A stretch of DNA of 64,000 bases from Acidimicrobiia bacterium (GCA_035293045.1 DATDOY010000034.1:4006-68005); one strand, 5' to 3'. Shown: positions 45,951-55,679, counted from the stretch's first letter. Program-made: numbers and translations. Notes: generated by a model from the letters alone, not told the origin.

Positions 45951-47360
45951 TCAGCATTCCGGCGAGGGGTCCTGGCCCGCCGGCTCCGGCTCCTCGGTCT
46001 GACCCTGCGCCGGCCCGACGCTGCGCACCGAGGCGACGGGATCCATCGGGAGGCCGAGCGACTCCTCGGCCGGCGTCGAAACACCGGTGAAGTCGGCTCC
46101 GACGACGACCACGAGGTCGGCGTCGATGCCGATCGTGGTGTCCTCGACCAGCTTGCCGCGGCCCCCGAGATACTGCTTGAGCAGCTCGGCCTTGTTCTCC
46201 TCACCGGGCCGGTAGTGAATCTCGGTCTGGGAGTACCCGAACCGTTCGGCGTCACCCGCACCGGCTGGAAGGAACCCGACCTCGGCGAGCTGGCGCGATG
46301 TCCGCGTCGCCACCCCAGAACCACCGGTGCCGTTGAGCACGCGCACCTTCACGGACGACGGGGCGACGCCCCCGCCGATCGAACCTTCGCCCCGGAGCCG
46401 AGCGAAGAGCGCGGCCGCCTCCGCCTCGCGGAGCAGCACCACGGACTGGGCTCCCTTGCGGCCCACATCGGCGGGCAGCTTCGCCATCTCCACGTCGTTG
46501 GGGTCGCCGCTGCGAAAGACCCGCACCAGCTTGAAGATGTCGCCGGTGCTGAGATCGGTGTCGAGGGTGACGTTCTTCAGTCCCTTGTTGATGAGGTCGT
46601 TGCCCCGAGCCGGATTGCCGAACCCGCTCTCGAGGCTCTGGGCGATGAGGCGGCGGATGAAGTCCTGCTGCCGGTTGATGCGGCCGAAGTCGCCGCTCGG
46701 GTCGGTGCGCCAGACGCCCGACTCGAAGTACTGGTAGTGACGCGACCGGACGAGGGCGAGCGCCTGGTCGCCGTCGAGGGTCGTGCAGCCCGCCTCGGCC
46801 ACGTTCAAGCCGGTCTTGGGGTCGCGCGCCGGCGCCGCCGAATAGATCTCGACGCCCCCCATGGCGTCGACGATGTTGCGGAAGCCGGCGAAGTCGACCT
46901 GCACGTAGTGGTGAATCGGGATGTTGAAGTTGGTGCGGATCGTCTCGATGACGCCCTGCGGCCCGTCCTGGAAGGCGGCGTTGATCTTCGACCCCCCCTT
47001 GCCCGGGATCTCGACCCAGAGATCTCGCGGGAGCGACACGAGCAGCGCCTTCTTCGTCTTGGGGTCGATGCGCACCACGATCAGGGTGTCGGCGCGTTCT
47101 CCCCCGACCTCGCCGAAACTGGCGGCGTCTTGTTCGGTGCTCACGAAGGCGCGCGAGTCGCTCCCGAGGATCAGGAAGTTCTCGCTTCCCTTGTCGAGGC
47201 TGAGGTCGACGCGCGGCGCTCCCGCGAGCTTGTTGTTGATCCACCAATAGGCACCCGCGATCCCCGAGAGCATGAACACGCTCGAGACGAGCAGGGCGAT
47301 CAGGAACCGGTGGAACCACGCCGTCCGCGCAGACGCGCTGGAGAAAATCCGAGGAGACAC
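45951..47360 (-). CDS. LytR-CpsA-Psr (LCP) family cell-wall glycopolymer ligase
   Basis: 469 aa with an N-terminal TM. The LCP core reads NFLILGSDSR...RADTLIVVRIDPKTKKALLVSLPRDLWVEIPG...KINAAF. A C-terminal LytR_C-like domain follows. Confidence 0.9.
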   Translation of the reverse strand: MSPRIFSSASARTAWFHRFLIALLVSSVFMLSGIAGAYWWINNKLAGAPRVDLSLDKGSENFLILGSDSRAFVSTEQDAASFGEVGGERADTLIVVRIDPKTKKALLVSLPRDLWVEIPGKGGSKINAAFQDGPQGVIETIRTNFNIPIHHYVQVDFAGFRNIVDAMGGVEIYSAAPARDPKTGLNVAEAGCTTLDGDQALALVRSRHYQYFESGVWRTDPSGDFGRINRQQDFIRRLIAQSLESGFGNPARGNDLINKGLKNVTLDTDLSTGDIFKLVRVFRSGDPNDVEMAKLPADVGRKGAQSVVLLREAEAAALFARLRGEGSIGGGVAPSSVKVRVLNGTGGSGVATRTSRQLAEVGFLPAGAGDAERFGYSQTEIHYRPGEENKAELLKQYLGGRGKLVEDTTIGIDADLVVVVGADFTGVSTPAEESLGLPMDPVASVRSVGPAQGQTEEPEPAGQDPSPEC

Positions 47361-47372
47361 GAAGGGGTTAGT

Positions 47373-48533
47373 TTAGGTGTCGACGGGAAGGCCGAGGTCG
47401 CGGGCGATGACCAGCCGCTGGATCTCGCTCGTGCCCTCACCGATCTCGAGGATCTTCGAGTCGCGGTAGAAGCGGGCCACCGGCGTCTCTTCCATGAACC
47501 CGTACCCCCCGTGAATCTGGACCGCCTCGCGGGTTGCGCTCACCGCGATCTCGCTCGAGTACAGCTTGGCCATCGCCGCCGCTCGCCGGATCGGGAGGCC
47601 CCGGTCTCGCATCACCGCCGCCTTGTAGGTCAGGTTGCGTGCGTTCTCGACCGCCACCGCCATGTCGGCGAGCTTGAAGGCGACGCCCTGATACCGGCCG
47701 ATCGGCCCTCCGAACGCCTCTCGTTGCTGCGCGTACGCCAAGGACATCTCGAGGCATGCCTGCGCGGTGCCGACGCCGAGCGCAGCGATGGCGATGCGGC
47801 CCTCGTCGAGCGTTTCCATGAACAGCTTGAAGCCCCCACCGCGCTCGCCGAGGAGGTTCGCCTCCGGCACCCGGCAGTCCGTGAACACCAGCTCGTGGGT
47901 GTCGCTCGCGTGCCAGCCGAGCTTGCGGTACGCCGGCTGCACGTCGAACCCCGGCGTCCCCGCGGGAACGATGATGGCGCTGATCTCGTGGTCACCGGTG
48001 AGCGCCGTAATCGTCACGCACGCCGTCACGTCGGTGCCCGAGTTCGTAATGAAGGTCTTCTGTCCGTTGATCACCCACTCTCCGGTGCCTTGGTCGAGCA
48101 CCGCGCGGGTCCTCGTCGACGCGGCATCCGATCCGGCGTGGGCTTCGGTGAGTCCGAAGGCGCCGAGGGCCCGGCCCTCGATCATCGGCAGCAAGTACTT
48201 CCGCTTCTGTTCCTCGGTGCCGACCCGGAAGAACGGCATCGCCCCGAGGCTCACCCCGGCTTCGAGGGTGATCGCCATCGACTGGTCGACGCGCGCGAGT
48301 TCCTCGAGCGCGATCACGTACGTGAGGAAGTCGGCCCCGCCGCCGCCGTACTCCTCGGGGAACACGAGCCCGAAGAGCCCAAGTTCCCCCATCTTGTGGA
48401 CGATCTCGACGGGAAAGTGCTCCTCGCGATCCCACGCCTCGATGTGGGGCGCGATCTCCCGTTCGGCGAAGTCCCGCACGACCTTGCGGAACTCCTCCTG
48501 CTCGGCGCTGAGGTCGAAGTCCATGGCGGCCAC
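47373..48533 (-). CDS. Acyl-CoA dehydrogenase
   Basis: 386 aa. Starts MAAMDFDLSAEQEEFRKVVRDFAEREIAPH and ends in the ACAD C-terminal region IHGGYGFMEETPVARFYRDSKILEIGEGTSEIQR. Confidence 0.92.
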   Translation of the reverse strand: MAAMDFDLSAEQEEFRKVVRDFAEREIAPHIEAWDREEHFPVEIVHKMGELGLFGLVFPEEYGGGGADFLTYVIALEELARVDQSMAITLEAGVSLGAMPFFRVGTEEQKRKYLLPMIEGRALGAFGLTEAHAGSDAASTRTRAVLDQGTGEWVINGQKTFITNSGTDVTACVTITALTGDHEISAIIVPAGTPGFDVQPAYRKLGWHASDTHELVFTDCRVPEANLLGERGGGFKLFMETLDEGRIAIAALGVGTAQACLEMSLAYAQQREAFGGPIGRYQGVAFKLADMAVAVENARNLTYKAAVMRDRGLPIRRAAAMAKLYSSEIAVSATREAVQIHGGYGFMEETPVARFYRDSKILEIGEGTSEIQRLVIARDLGLPVDT

Positions 48534-48565
48534 TGTACGGGGGGAAACTGTTCCCGTTCGGGGTC

Positions 48566-49822
48566 GTGGCGGGCCCTAACCTCATCTCGGTGCCTTCGCT
48601 CGTTGCCCGCGTGCTCGCCGCGCTCCCCGCCGCGCTCCCCGCCGTCGCCGTGCGTGACGGGGTCCGGTGGATCGTGGCCGCCGACCCGGAGGCGACGACC
48701 GTTGCGTCGGGTCAGGCCGCCTTCGACGTGCTTGACGGACTGGCCCCGTCGTTCTGGGCGGGCTGGCTTTCGTACGACCTCGGTCGTGCGGTCGAGCGGG
48801 TGGCACCGCGGGCGGTCGACGACCTCCACCTGCCCGATCTGGCCCTCGCCCGTTTCGACACGCGCCTCGTCATCGACGGCGACTCCACCTCGATCGAGGG
48901 GGACGGCGCATCGCGCGCGCTGCTCGAAGCCGCGCTCGTCTCGGCCCAGGCGGAGACGACGCCATCCGACCTCGCGCCCGGGCCCGCGCTCCAGCGGTGG
49001 CGTTCGACGCTCGACCAGACCACCTTCGAGGCCGGCGTGCGAGCCATCGTCGAGTTGATCCGCGCCGGCGAGTGTTACCAGGTCAACTTCACCCGTCGGC
49101 TCGAGAGCGACGACCCCGCCGATCCGGTGGCCCTGTTCAGCTCGCTCGTCGAACACAACCCCGCGCCACACGCCGCGTTCGTGCGCACCGGCGACGTCAC
49201 GATCGTGTCGGCTTCCCCGGAGCGCTTCTTGCGCCGCGACGGACGACGGGTCGAGACCCGTCCGATCAAGGGAACCGGCATCGACGCAGGCCGGCTCATG
49301 ACGAGCGCGAAAGATCGCGCCGAGAACGTGATGATCGTCGACCTCGCCCGCAACGATCTCGGGCGCGTGTGCGAATACGGGTCGATCGAGGTCCCCGAGC
49401 TGTGCGCGGTCGAAGAGCACCCCGGGCTCCTCCACCTCGTCAGCACCGTGCGGGGCACGCTCCGCGCCAACGTCGGCACGGGTGCGCTCATCGCCGCCAC
49501 GTTCCCGCCGGCGTCGATCACCGGGGCGCCCAAGCCTCGGGTCATGCAAGCCATCGAAGACCTCGAACCGGTCCGTCGCGGGGTGTACTGCGGAGCGGTC
49601 GGGTGGATCGACGAGGCGAACGGCTCGCTGGACCTCAACGTGGCGATCCGCACGTTCACGATGGCCGGCGGCCGCACCTTCCTCAATGTGGGCGGCGGCA
49701 TCGTCGCCGACTCCGACCCGACGGCGGAGTGGGAGGAGACGGAGTTGAAGGCGGCGCGTCTCCTCGAGGCGGCCAGCATCGGGTCTCGGGCCACCCGGGG
49801 CGGAAGGGTCGGCGCGCGATGA
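48566..49822 (+). CDS. pabB: Aminodeoxychorismate/anthranilate synthase component I family protein
   Basis: Chorismate-binding domain motifs: SPERFL, ENVMIVDLARNDLGRV, FPPASITGAPKPRVMQAIEDLE, RGVYCGAVGW. Confidence 0.85.
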   Translation: MAGPNLISVPSLVARVLAALPAALPAVAVRDGVRWIVAADPEATTVASGQAAFDVLDGLAPSFWAGWLSYDLGRAVERVAPRAVDDLHLPDLALARFDTRLVIDGDSTSIEGDGASRALLEAALVSAQAETTPSDLAPGPALQRWRSTLDQTTFEAGVRAIVELIRAGECYQVNFTRRLESDDPADPVALFSSLVEHNPAPHAAFVRTGDVTIVSASPERFLRRDGRRVETRPIKGTGIDAGRLMTSAKDRAENVMIVDLARNDLGRVCEYGSIEVPELCAVEEHPGLLHLVSTVRGTLRANVGTGALIAATFPPASITGAPKPRVMQAIEDLEPVRRGVYCGAVGWIDEANGSLDLNVAIRTFTMAGGRTFLNVGGGIVADSDPTAEWEETELKAARLLEAASIGSRATRGGRVGAR

Positions 49823-50667
49823 GCACCAACCGCATGGTGTCGATCAACGGGAGCCTCGTCGACGCCGCGGACTCCGGCATCTCGCCCTTCGACCACGGCT
49901 TCATCGTCGGCGATGGCGTCTTCGAGACGTTGACGACCGTTCGCGGTGTGCCGTTCGCGTGGACCCGCCACTACGAGCGCCTCACACGAAGCGCCGCCGG
50001 TCTCGGCCTCGCGCCGCCACCGTCCGACGACCTGCGGTCGGCCGTCGATGCCGTACGAGAGGCCAACGCGTTGGCGGAGGCTCGCATCCGCATCACCGTG
50101 ACGAGCGGCCCCGGGCCCCTCGGATCCGACCGGGGAACCGACGGCATCACGGTCGTGGTCGCCGCGACCACGCCCACGGAGTGGCCGGCCACCGCCGACG
50201 TCGTCGTCGTGCCCTGGACGCGCAACGAGCGCGGCGCCATGGTCGGGCTCAAGACCATCTCCTACGCCGAAAACGCCATCGCCCTCGCGTGGGCGAAAGA
50301 GCGCGGGGCCGGCGAGGCCATCTTCGCCAACACCCAGGACCGCCTGTGCGAGGGCACGGGGACCAACGTCTACGTCGTGCGCGACGGCCGGGTCGCGACG
50401 CCTCCGCTGTCGTCGGGATGCCTCGACGGGGTCACGCGCCAAGTGCTGCTCCTCATCGCGCCCGACGTGGGCGTCGAGATCGAGGAGATCGATCTGCCCA
50501 TCGCGGCGCTCGCCGACGCCGACGAAGCCTTCCTCTCCTCGGCAACCCGCGGTGCGCAGCCGATCGCCCACGTCGACGGGCGGCCGGTGGCCGCGGCCCC
50601 CGGACCGATCACCGAGAAGCTCATCGCCGCCTACGACGACCTGCTCACTCGCGATCTCGACCCCTGA
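49819..50667 (+). CDS. pabC: Class IV aminotransferase / aminodeoxychorismate lyase
   Basis: ATG 49819 overlaps the pabB stop (ATGA). The protein reads SPFDHGFIVGDGVFETL...LKTISYAENAIALAWAKERGAGEAIF, with the fold-type IV PLP lysine context. Confidence 0.8.
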   Translation: MSTNRMVSINGSLVDAADSGISPFDHGFIVGDGVFETLTTVRGVPFAWTRHYERLTRSAAGLGLAPPPSDDLRSAVDAVREANALAEARIRITVTSGPGPLGSDRGTDGITVVVAATTPTEWPATADVVVVPWTRNERGAMVGLKTISYAENAIALAWAKERGAGEAIFANTQDRLCEGTGTNVYVVRDGRVATPPLSSGCLDGVTRQVLLLIAPDVGVEIEEIDLPIAALADADEAFLSSATRGAQPIAHVDGRPVAAAPGPITEKLIAAYDDLLTRDLDP

Positions 50668-50684
50668 TCGACCCGCGCAAGAAC

Positions 50685-50733
50685 GACGTGTGCGTATGGC
50701 GTCGCGCTATGCGCGACGCCATACGCACACGTC
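50685..50733. terminator. 23-bp perfect palindrome with a 3-nt loop between convergent pabC and birA
   Basis: GACGTGTGCGTATGGCGTCGCGC-TAT-GCGCGACGCCATACGCACACGTC. The right arm overlaps 2 nt of the birA stop codon (50732-50734). Confidence 0.7.
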
Positions 50734-51511
50734 ATGGGACGGGGCGCAGGTGGATCACGTCGCCGACGGATACCTCACGCACGTCGCCGGGATCGGCGTC
50801 GCCGTCGCTCGGGCCTCCGGCCACCCGCACCCGCAGGTGCCCGTCGTCGCTCACGTCGACGGCGGTCCCGCTGAACGACTCGCTCGCCAGTTCGACGCGA
50901 ACTTCGCGGCCGAGGGTGGCACACCGCTGCCGATAGCCCGCGAGCACCGCGGCGGGGCCGTCCGGCCCGAGGAGCGTCTCGTACTGGGCGTCGAAACGGT
51001 CGAGCAGGGCTTCGAGGAGGGCGTCGCGATCAACGGCGCGCCCCGCCTCTACGTTGCACGCCGTAGCGGTTTCGGCGATGTCCTCGGGGAAGGCGTCCCA
51101 ATTCACGTTGACGCCGATCCCGACGACGAGCGCGTCGAGTCGCCCGTCGCGGATCTCGGCTTCGGCCAACATTCCGGCCAGCTTGCGACGGCCCACCACG
51201 AGATCGTTGGGCCACTTCAAGCTGGGCGCGAAATCGGCCACGACGAACACGGCCTCGCACGCGGCGATACCGGCGGCCATGGTCACCAGGTGCGCCCGGG
51301 CGACATCGATCGGCGGGCGCACCAGCATCGAGACGAGCAGCGACGACCCGGGTGGCGCACTCCACGTGCGTCCGAGCCGTCCTCGCCCCGCCGTCTGGGC
51401 GTCGGCCACCGCCACCACGCCCTCGGGCGCGCCCGCCCTCGCCTCATCGATGAGGTACCGGTTCGTGGAGTCGATTTCGGGGAAATGGCGGATATCGGCG
51501 AACCGCGACAC
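50732..51511 (-). CDS. birA: Biotin--[acetyl-CoA-carboxylase] ligase, group I (no N-terminal HTH)
   Basis: 259 aa from GTG 51511: FPEIDSTNRYL...ADAQTAGRGRLGRTWSAPPGSSL...LKWPNDLV...KLAGMLAE. Confidence 0.88.
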   Translation of the reverse strand: MSRFADIRHFPEIDSTNRYLIDEARAGAPEGVVAVADAQTAGRGRLGRTWSAPPGSSLLVSMLVRPPIDVARAHLVTMAAGIAACEAVFVVADFAPSLKWPNDLVVGRRKLAGMLAEAEIRDGRLDALVVGIGVNVNWDAFPEDIAETATACNVEAGRAVDRDALLEALLDRFDAQYETLLGPDGPAAVLAGYRQRCATLGREVRVELASESFSGTAVDVSDDGHLRVRVAGGPSDGDADPGDVREVSVGDVIHLRPVP

Positions 51512-51530
51512 GACCCGTAGGATACGGGTC
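51512..51530. promoter_or_regulatory. Palindrome GACCCGTA-GGA-TACGGGTC occupying the birA/accA divergent spacer
   Basis: An 8-bp perfect inverted repeat with a 3-nt spacer. The whole spacer between birA GTG (51511) and acc ATG (51533) is 21 nt. Confidence 0.4.
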
Positions 51531-51532
51531 CC

Positions 51533-53323
51533 ATGTTTGAGAAAGTCCTGGTGGCGAACCGCGCCGAGATCGCCGTGCGCGTCATGCGCACGTGTCGCGA
51601 GATGGGCATCGCGACCGTCGCCGTCTACTCGGAACTCGACCGCGACGCCTTCCACGTCCGCTACGCCGACGAGGCGTACGCGCTCGGCGGAGAGACCGCA
51701 GCCGAGAGCTACCTCAACACCGACGCCATCCTCGACGCCATCCTCCGCTCCGGCGCCCAGGCCGTGCACCCCGGCTACGGATTCTTCGCCGAGAACGCCG
51801 AGTTCGCGGAGGCGATCCTCGGCATCGCCCATTCGGATGGAACGCGCGTGGCGTGGATCGGGCCGCCACCGTCGGCCATCCGGATCATGGGCGACAAAAT
51901 CTCCTCTCGGAAGGCGGCGCTCGAGGCCAAGGTGCCGATGGTCCCGGGCACCACCGACGCGCTCGCCTCGGCCGACGACGTCGTCGCCTTCGGCGAGGAG
52001 TTCGGCTGGCCGGTCGCCATCAAGGCCGCCTACGGCGGCGGCGGCAAGGGGATGAAGGTGGCGCGTTCGGCCAACGAGGCCGCCAAAGTGCTCGAGTCCG
52101 CCCAGCGCGAGGCCAAGGCCTACTTCGGGCGGGACGAGGCCTACCTCGAGCGCTACCTCGAGCGTCCTCGCCACGTTGAAGTGCAGGTCTTCTCCGACAC
52201 CCACGGCAACCACCTGTGGATCGGCGAGCGCGACTGCTCCACCCAGCGTCGTCACCAGAAGCTCATCGAGGAGTCCCCCGCGCCGGGCATCGACGACGCC
52301 ACCCGCAAAGCGATGGGCGAGTCCGCCGCCGCGGTCGCCGCCGCCTGCGGCTACGAGGGCGCCGGCACCGTCGAGATGCTCTTCGAAGCCGGCGAGTTCT
52401 TCTTCCTCGAGATGAACACGCGGCTCCAAGTCGAGCACTGCGTGACCGAGATGGTCACCGGCCTCGACCTGGTCAAGGAACAGCTCCGCGTCGCCGCCGG
52501 CGAGCCGATCTCGATCTCGCAGGAGGAGATCGAGATGCGCGGCCACGCCATCGAGTTCCGCCTCAACGCCGAGGACCCGGCCAAGAAGTTCCTCCCGTCC
52601 CCCGGAACCATCGTGCGCTTCGACCGCCCGTCGGGCCCCGGCGTGCGGGTCGACCAGGGCTACGAAGCCGGCGACACCATCAGCCAGTACTACGACAACC
52701 TCATCGCCAAACTGATCGTGTGGGCACCCACGCGCGACGAGGCGATCGCACGGGGCAAGCGGGCGCTCCGCGAGACCACCATCGAGGGCGTCAAGACGAC
52801 CATCCCTGCCCACCTCGCCATCCTCGATCATCCCGACTTCGTCGCCGGCAACCACTCGACGAAGTGGCTCGAGGAAGAGGTGGACGCGTCGACCTTCGCC
52901 GCACCACAGGCGTCGGCGGCCGGTGCTCCGGTCGCCGACGAGGCCGCCCCTGGACGCGTCGAGCACACCGTGCCGGTCGAGGTCGACGGCAAGCGATTCA
53001 ACGTCCGGCTGTGGCTCCCCGACGTACCCGCCGGTGGAGGCCAGCCGACGGGCGCCGCGAGCAGGCCGCGGCCCGCGGGGACGGGCGGGAGCAGTGGTGG
53101 CGGCGGAGCCTCCGGCTCGCTGACCGCGCCGATGCAGGGAACCATCGTCAAGGTGCTCGTCGCCGTCGGCGACGCCGTGAAGGCCGGCCAAGCCGTGGTC
53201 GTGCTCGAGGCGATGAAGATGGAGAACCACATCAACGCCGACACCGACGGCACGGTCAAAGAAATCAAGGTCGAGGCGGGCCAGACCGTCTCTGGCGGCG
53301 ACGTCCTCGTCGTGCTCGAGTAG
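51533..53323 (+). CDS. accA: Acetyl/propionyl-CoA carboxylase alpha subunit (biotin carboxylase + BCCP)
   Basis: 596 aa starting MFEKVLVANRAEIAVRVMRTCREMGI, with the ATP-grasp core. The C-terminal biotinyl domain has the EAMKMEN biotinylation motif. Confidence 0.93.
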   Translation: MFEKVLVANRAEIAVRVMRTCREMGIATVAVYSELDRDAFHVRYADEAYALGGETAAESYLNTDAILDAILRSGAQAVHPGYGFFAENAEFAEAILGIAHSDGTRVAWIGPPPSAIRIMGDKISSRKAALEAKVPMVPGTTDALASADDVVAFGEEFGWPVAIKAAYGGGGKGMKVARSANEAAKVLESAQREAKAYFGRDEAYLERYLERPRHVEVQVFSDTHGNHLWIGERDCSTQRRHQKLIEESPAPGIDDATRKAMGESAAAVAAACGYEGAGTVEMLFEAGEFFFLEMNTRLQVEHCVTEMVTGLDLVKEQLRVAAGEPISISQEEIEMRGHAIEFRLNAEDPAKKFLPSPGTIVRFDRPSGPGVRVDQGYEAGDTISQYYDNLIAKLIVWAPTRDEAIARGKRALRETTIEGVKTTIPAHLAILDHPDFVAGNHSTKWLEEEVDASTFAAPQASAAGAPVADEAAPGRVEHTVPVEVDGKRFNVRLWLPDVPAGGGQPTGAASRPRPAGTGGSSGGGGASGSLTAPMQGTIVKVLVAVGDAVKAGQAVVVLEAMKMENHINADTDGTVKEIKVEAGQTVSGGDVLVVLE

Positions 53324-53340
53324 GGCTCGCTCTTCTCCCG

Positions 53341-54699
53341 CTACTCGGCCGCGTCGACCAGCGACTCTGCGAGCGCCGGGTGCACGAGCAGCGAGTCGAC
53401 GATGTCGGTCACGGTCAAGGTTGCCGTCACCGCCAGCGCGATCACCGAGATCAACTCGGCGGCGTTGCGGCCCACGATCGACCCGCCGAGCACCACGCCG
53501 GTCGCCGGGTCGGAGATGATCTTCACAAACCCCCGTGGATCGCCCTCGATCAGCGCCTTGGCGTTGCCGGCAAACGGCACTTTGGTCACTCGCACCTTCC
53601 GGCCCTCGGAGAAGGCGTCGGCCTCGGCCAAGCCGACGTCGGCGATCTCGGGATCGGTGAAAATGGCCGACGCCGCCTTGTCGTAATCGAGATGCCGGTG
53701 CTCGCGGGTATGGAGCCCCATCACGTGCTCGGCGATCTTGCGCCCTTGCATCGACGCCACCGACGACAGCGGGAGCTTCCCCGACAGGTCGCCGGCCGCA
53801 TAGATGTGCGACACATTGCTCTGGAGGTGGTGGTTGACGGGGACGTAGCCGGCGTCGTCGACCTCAACTCCCGCCGCGTCGCAGTCGAGGCCGTCGCTGT
53901 TGGGCACCGACCCGACGGCGAGGACGGCGTGGCTTCCGACGGCGGTGCGGCCATCGGTGCACTGCACGCGAACCGAATCGCCGGAGCGCTCGATGGACTC
54001 GGCGCGGGCACCCTTGAACAACTGGACGCCGCGATCGACGAACGCCTCCTCGAGGACGGTCGCCGCTTCCGGATCCTTGCCCGGGAGCACATGCTGGCGC
54101 GACACGATGAGCGTGACCTGCGAGCCGAGCGCCGAAAACATGTGGGTGAACTCCACGCCGGTGACGCCTGATCCGATGACGACGAGGTGCTCGGGGATTT
54201 CGGGGGGCGGGTAGGCGTCGCGCGTGGTGAGCACCCGCTCGCCGTCGACCGGTGCGAAGTCCGGGACGCGCGGCCGCGATCCCGTCGAGAGGAGGATGGC
54301 GTCGGCCTTCAGTTCCTCGACCCCGTCTGCCGTCTCGACGACGACCTCGTTGGGACCCTTCAATCGACCCGAGCCCTGGATGATGCGCACGCCCTGGCTC
54401 TCGAGGAGCGAGGTCAGGCCGAAATGCAGGCGCTGTTCGATGCCCGTGACGCGGCTCCGGAGGGCGTCGAGATCGAGTTCGGCGTGACCGATGAGGCCCA
54501 TCGCCGGGGCGCGCTCGACCGCCCGGAGCCCGCCGCCGGTGGCGATCATGGCCTTGGAGGGGATGCAGTCGAGCAGATGCGCGGACCCGCCGACGACGTC
54601 GCGCTCGATCAACGTGACCTGTGCGCCGAGGGTCGCCGCGACGGTCGCCGCGGTGTTTCCGGCAGGCCCGGCGCCGATGATCACGAAGTGAACTGCCAC
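53341..54699 (-). CDS. Pyridine nucleotide-disulfide family flavoprotein, LpdA/NAD(P)H-quinone reductase-like
   Basis: 452 aa from GTG 54699. FAD motif IIGAGPAGN is present. The active-site region reads GGSAHLLDCIPSK, a single Cys instead of CxxxxC. A second dinucleotide fold reads VVIGSGVTGVE. Confidence 0.8.
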   Translation of the reverse strand: MAVHFVIIGAGPAGNTAATVAATLGAQVTLIERDVVGGSAHLLDCIPSKAMIATGGGLRAVERAPAMGLIGHAELDLDALRSRVTGIEQRLHFGLTSLLESQGVRIIQGSGRLKGPNEVVVETADGVEELKADAILLSTGSRPRVPDFAPVDGERVLTTRDAYPPPEIPEHLVVIGSGVTGVEFTHMFSALGSQVTLIVSRQHVLPGKDPEAATVLEEAFVDRGVQLFKGARAESIERSGDSVRVQCTDGRTAVGSHAVLAVGSVPNSDGLDCDAAGVEVDDAGYVPVNHHLQSNVSHIYAAGDLSGKLPLSSVASMQGRKIAEHVMGLHTREHRHLDYDKAASAIFTDPEIADVGLAEADAFSEGRKVRVTKVPFAGNAKALIEGDPRGFVKIISDPATGVVLGGSIVGRNAAELISVIALAVTATLTVTDIVDSLLVHPALAESLVDAAE

Positions 54700-54753
54700 G
54701 AGCGCCAAGGCTACCGAGCGAACTCGCCGTGGAACGTCGTTACGATCCCGTCC

Positions 54754-55671
54754 GTGAGCACCGACGGTTCCCGGAAGGCGATCATCGCGGCCTTCGTCGC
54801 CAACCTGGGGATCGCCATTGCCAAGTTCGTCGGGTTCGCCGTCACCGGGTCGGCGTCCATGCTGGCCGAAGCGGTCCACTCCGTCGCCGACACCAGCAAC
54901 CAGGGGCTCCTCCTCCTCGGGGGCCGACGAGCGGGGCGCGCCGCCACTGCGGACCATCCCTTCGGCTACGGCCGGGAGCGCTATTTCTGGGCCTTCGTCG
55001 TCGCCCTCGTCATCTTCTCGCTCGGGGCGCTTTTTGCCTTGTTCGAGGCCGAAGAGAAGCTTCGCCACCCGCATCCCCTCGAGTCGCCCAACGTCGCCAT
55101 CGTCATCTTGTCGATGGCGATCGTCTTCGAGCTCCTGTCCCTGCGCACCGCGGTCCGCGAGTCGCGCCCGCACAAGGGCTCGGCGTCGTGGATCACGTTC
55201 ATCCGGCGCTCGAAGTCGCCCGAGCTGCCGGTCGTGCTGCTCGAGGACATCGGCGCGTTATTCGGCTTGGTGTTCGCCCTCGCGGGGGTCATCCTCGCCG
55301 ACGTCACCGGCAACGACCGCTTCGACGCGGTGGGCAGCCTCGCAATCGGGATCCTCCTCGCGGTGATCGCCGTCACGCTCATGATCGAGATGAAAAGCCT
55401 GCTCATCGGTGAGGCGGCGACACCGGAACGTGAAGGCACCATCCGCTCCGTCGTCGAGAAACGCCCCGAGGTGCAGCGGATCATCCACATGAAGACCCAG
55501 CACCTCGGCCCCGAAGAACTTCTCGTCGCCCTCAAGGTCCAGCTCAACCCCGGTCTCACGGTGGAAGAGATCGCCGACGCCATCAACGCCCTCGAGACCG
55601 ACGTGCGCTCCGCGGTGCCCGTGGCTCGCGTCATCTACGTCGAGCCCGACCTCCACCGGGCCACGGCGTAG
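54754..55671 (+). CDS. Cation diffusion facilitator (CDF) family transporter
   Basis: 305 aa from GTG 54754: AFVANLGIAIAKFVGFAVTGSASMLAEAVHSVADTSNQ, with six TM segments and a cytoplasmic C-domain. Confidence 0.85.
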   Translation: MSTDGSRKAIIAAFVANLGIAIAKFVGFAVTGSASMLAEAVHSVADTSNQGLLLLGGRRAGRAATADHPFGYGRERYFWAFVVALVIFSLGALFALFEAEEKLRHPHPLESPNVAIVILSMAIVFELLSLRTAVRESRPHKGSASWITFIRRSKSPELPVVLLEDIGALFGLVFALAGVILADVTGNDRFDAVGSLAIGILLAVIAVTLMIEMKSLLIGEAATPEREGTIRSVVEKRPEVQRIIHMKTQHLGPEELLVALKVQLNPGLTVEEIADAINALETDVRSAVPVARVIYVEPDLHRATA

Positions 55672-55679
55672 CCGGCCCC

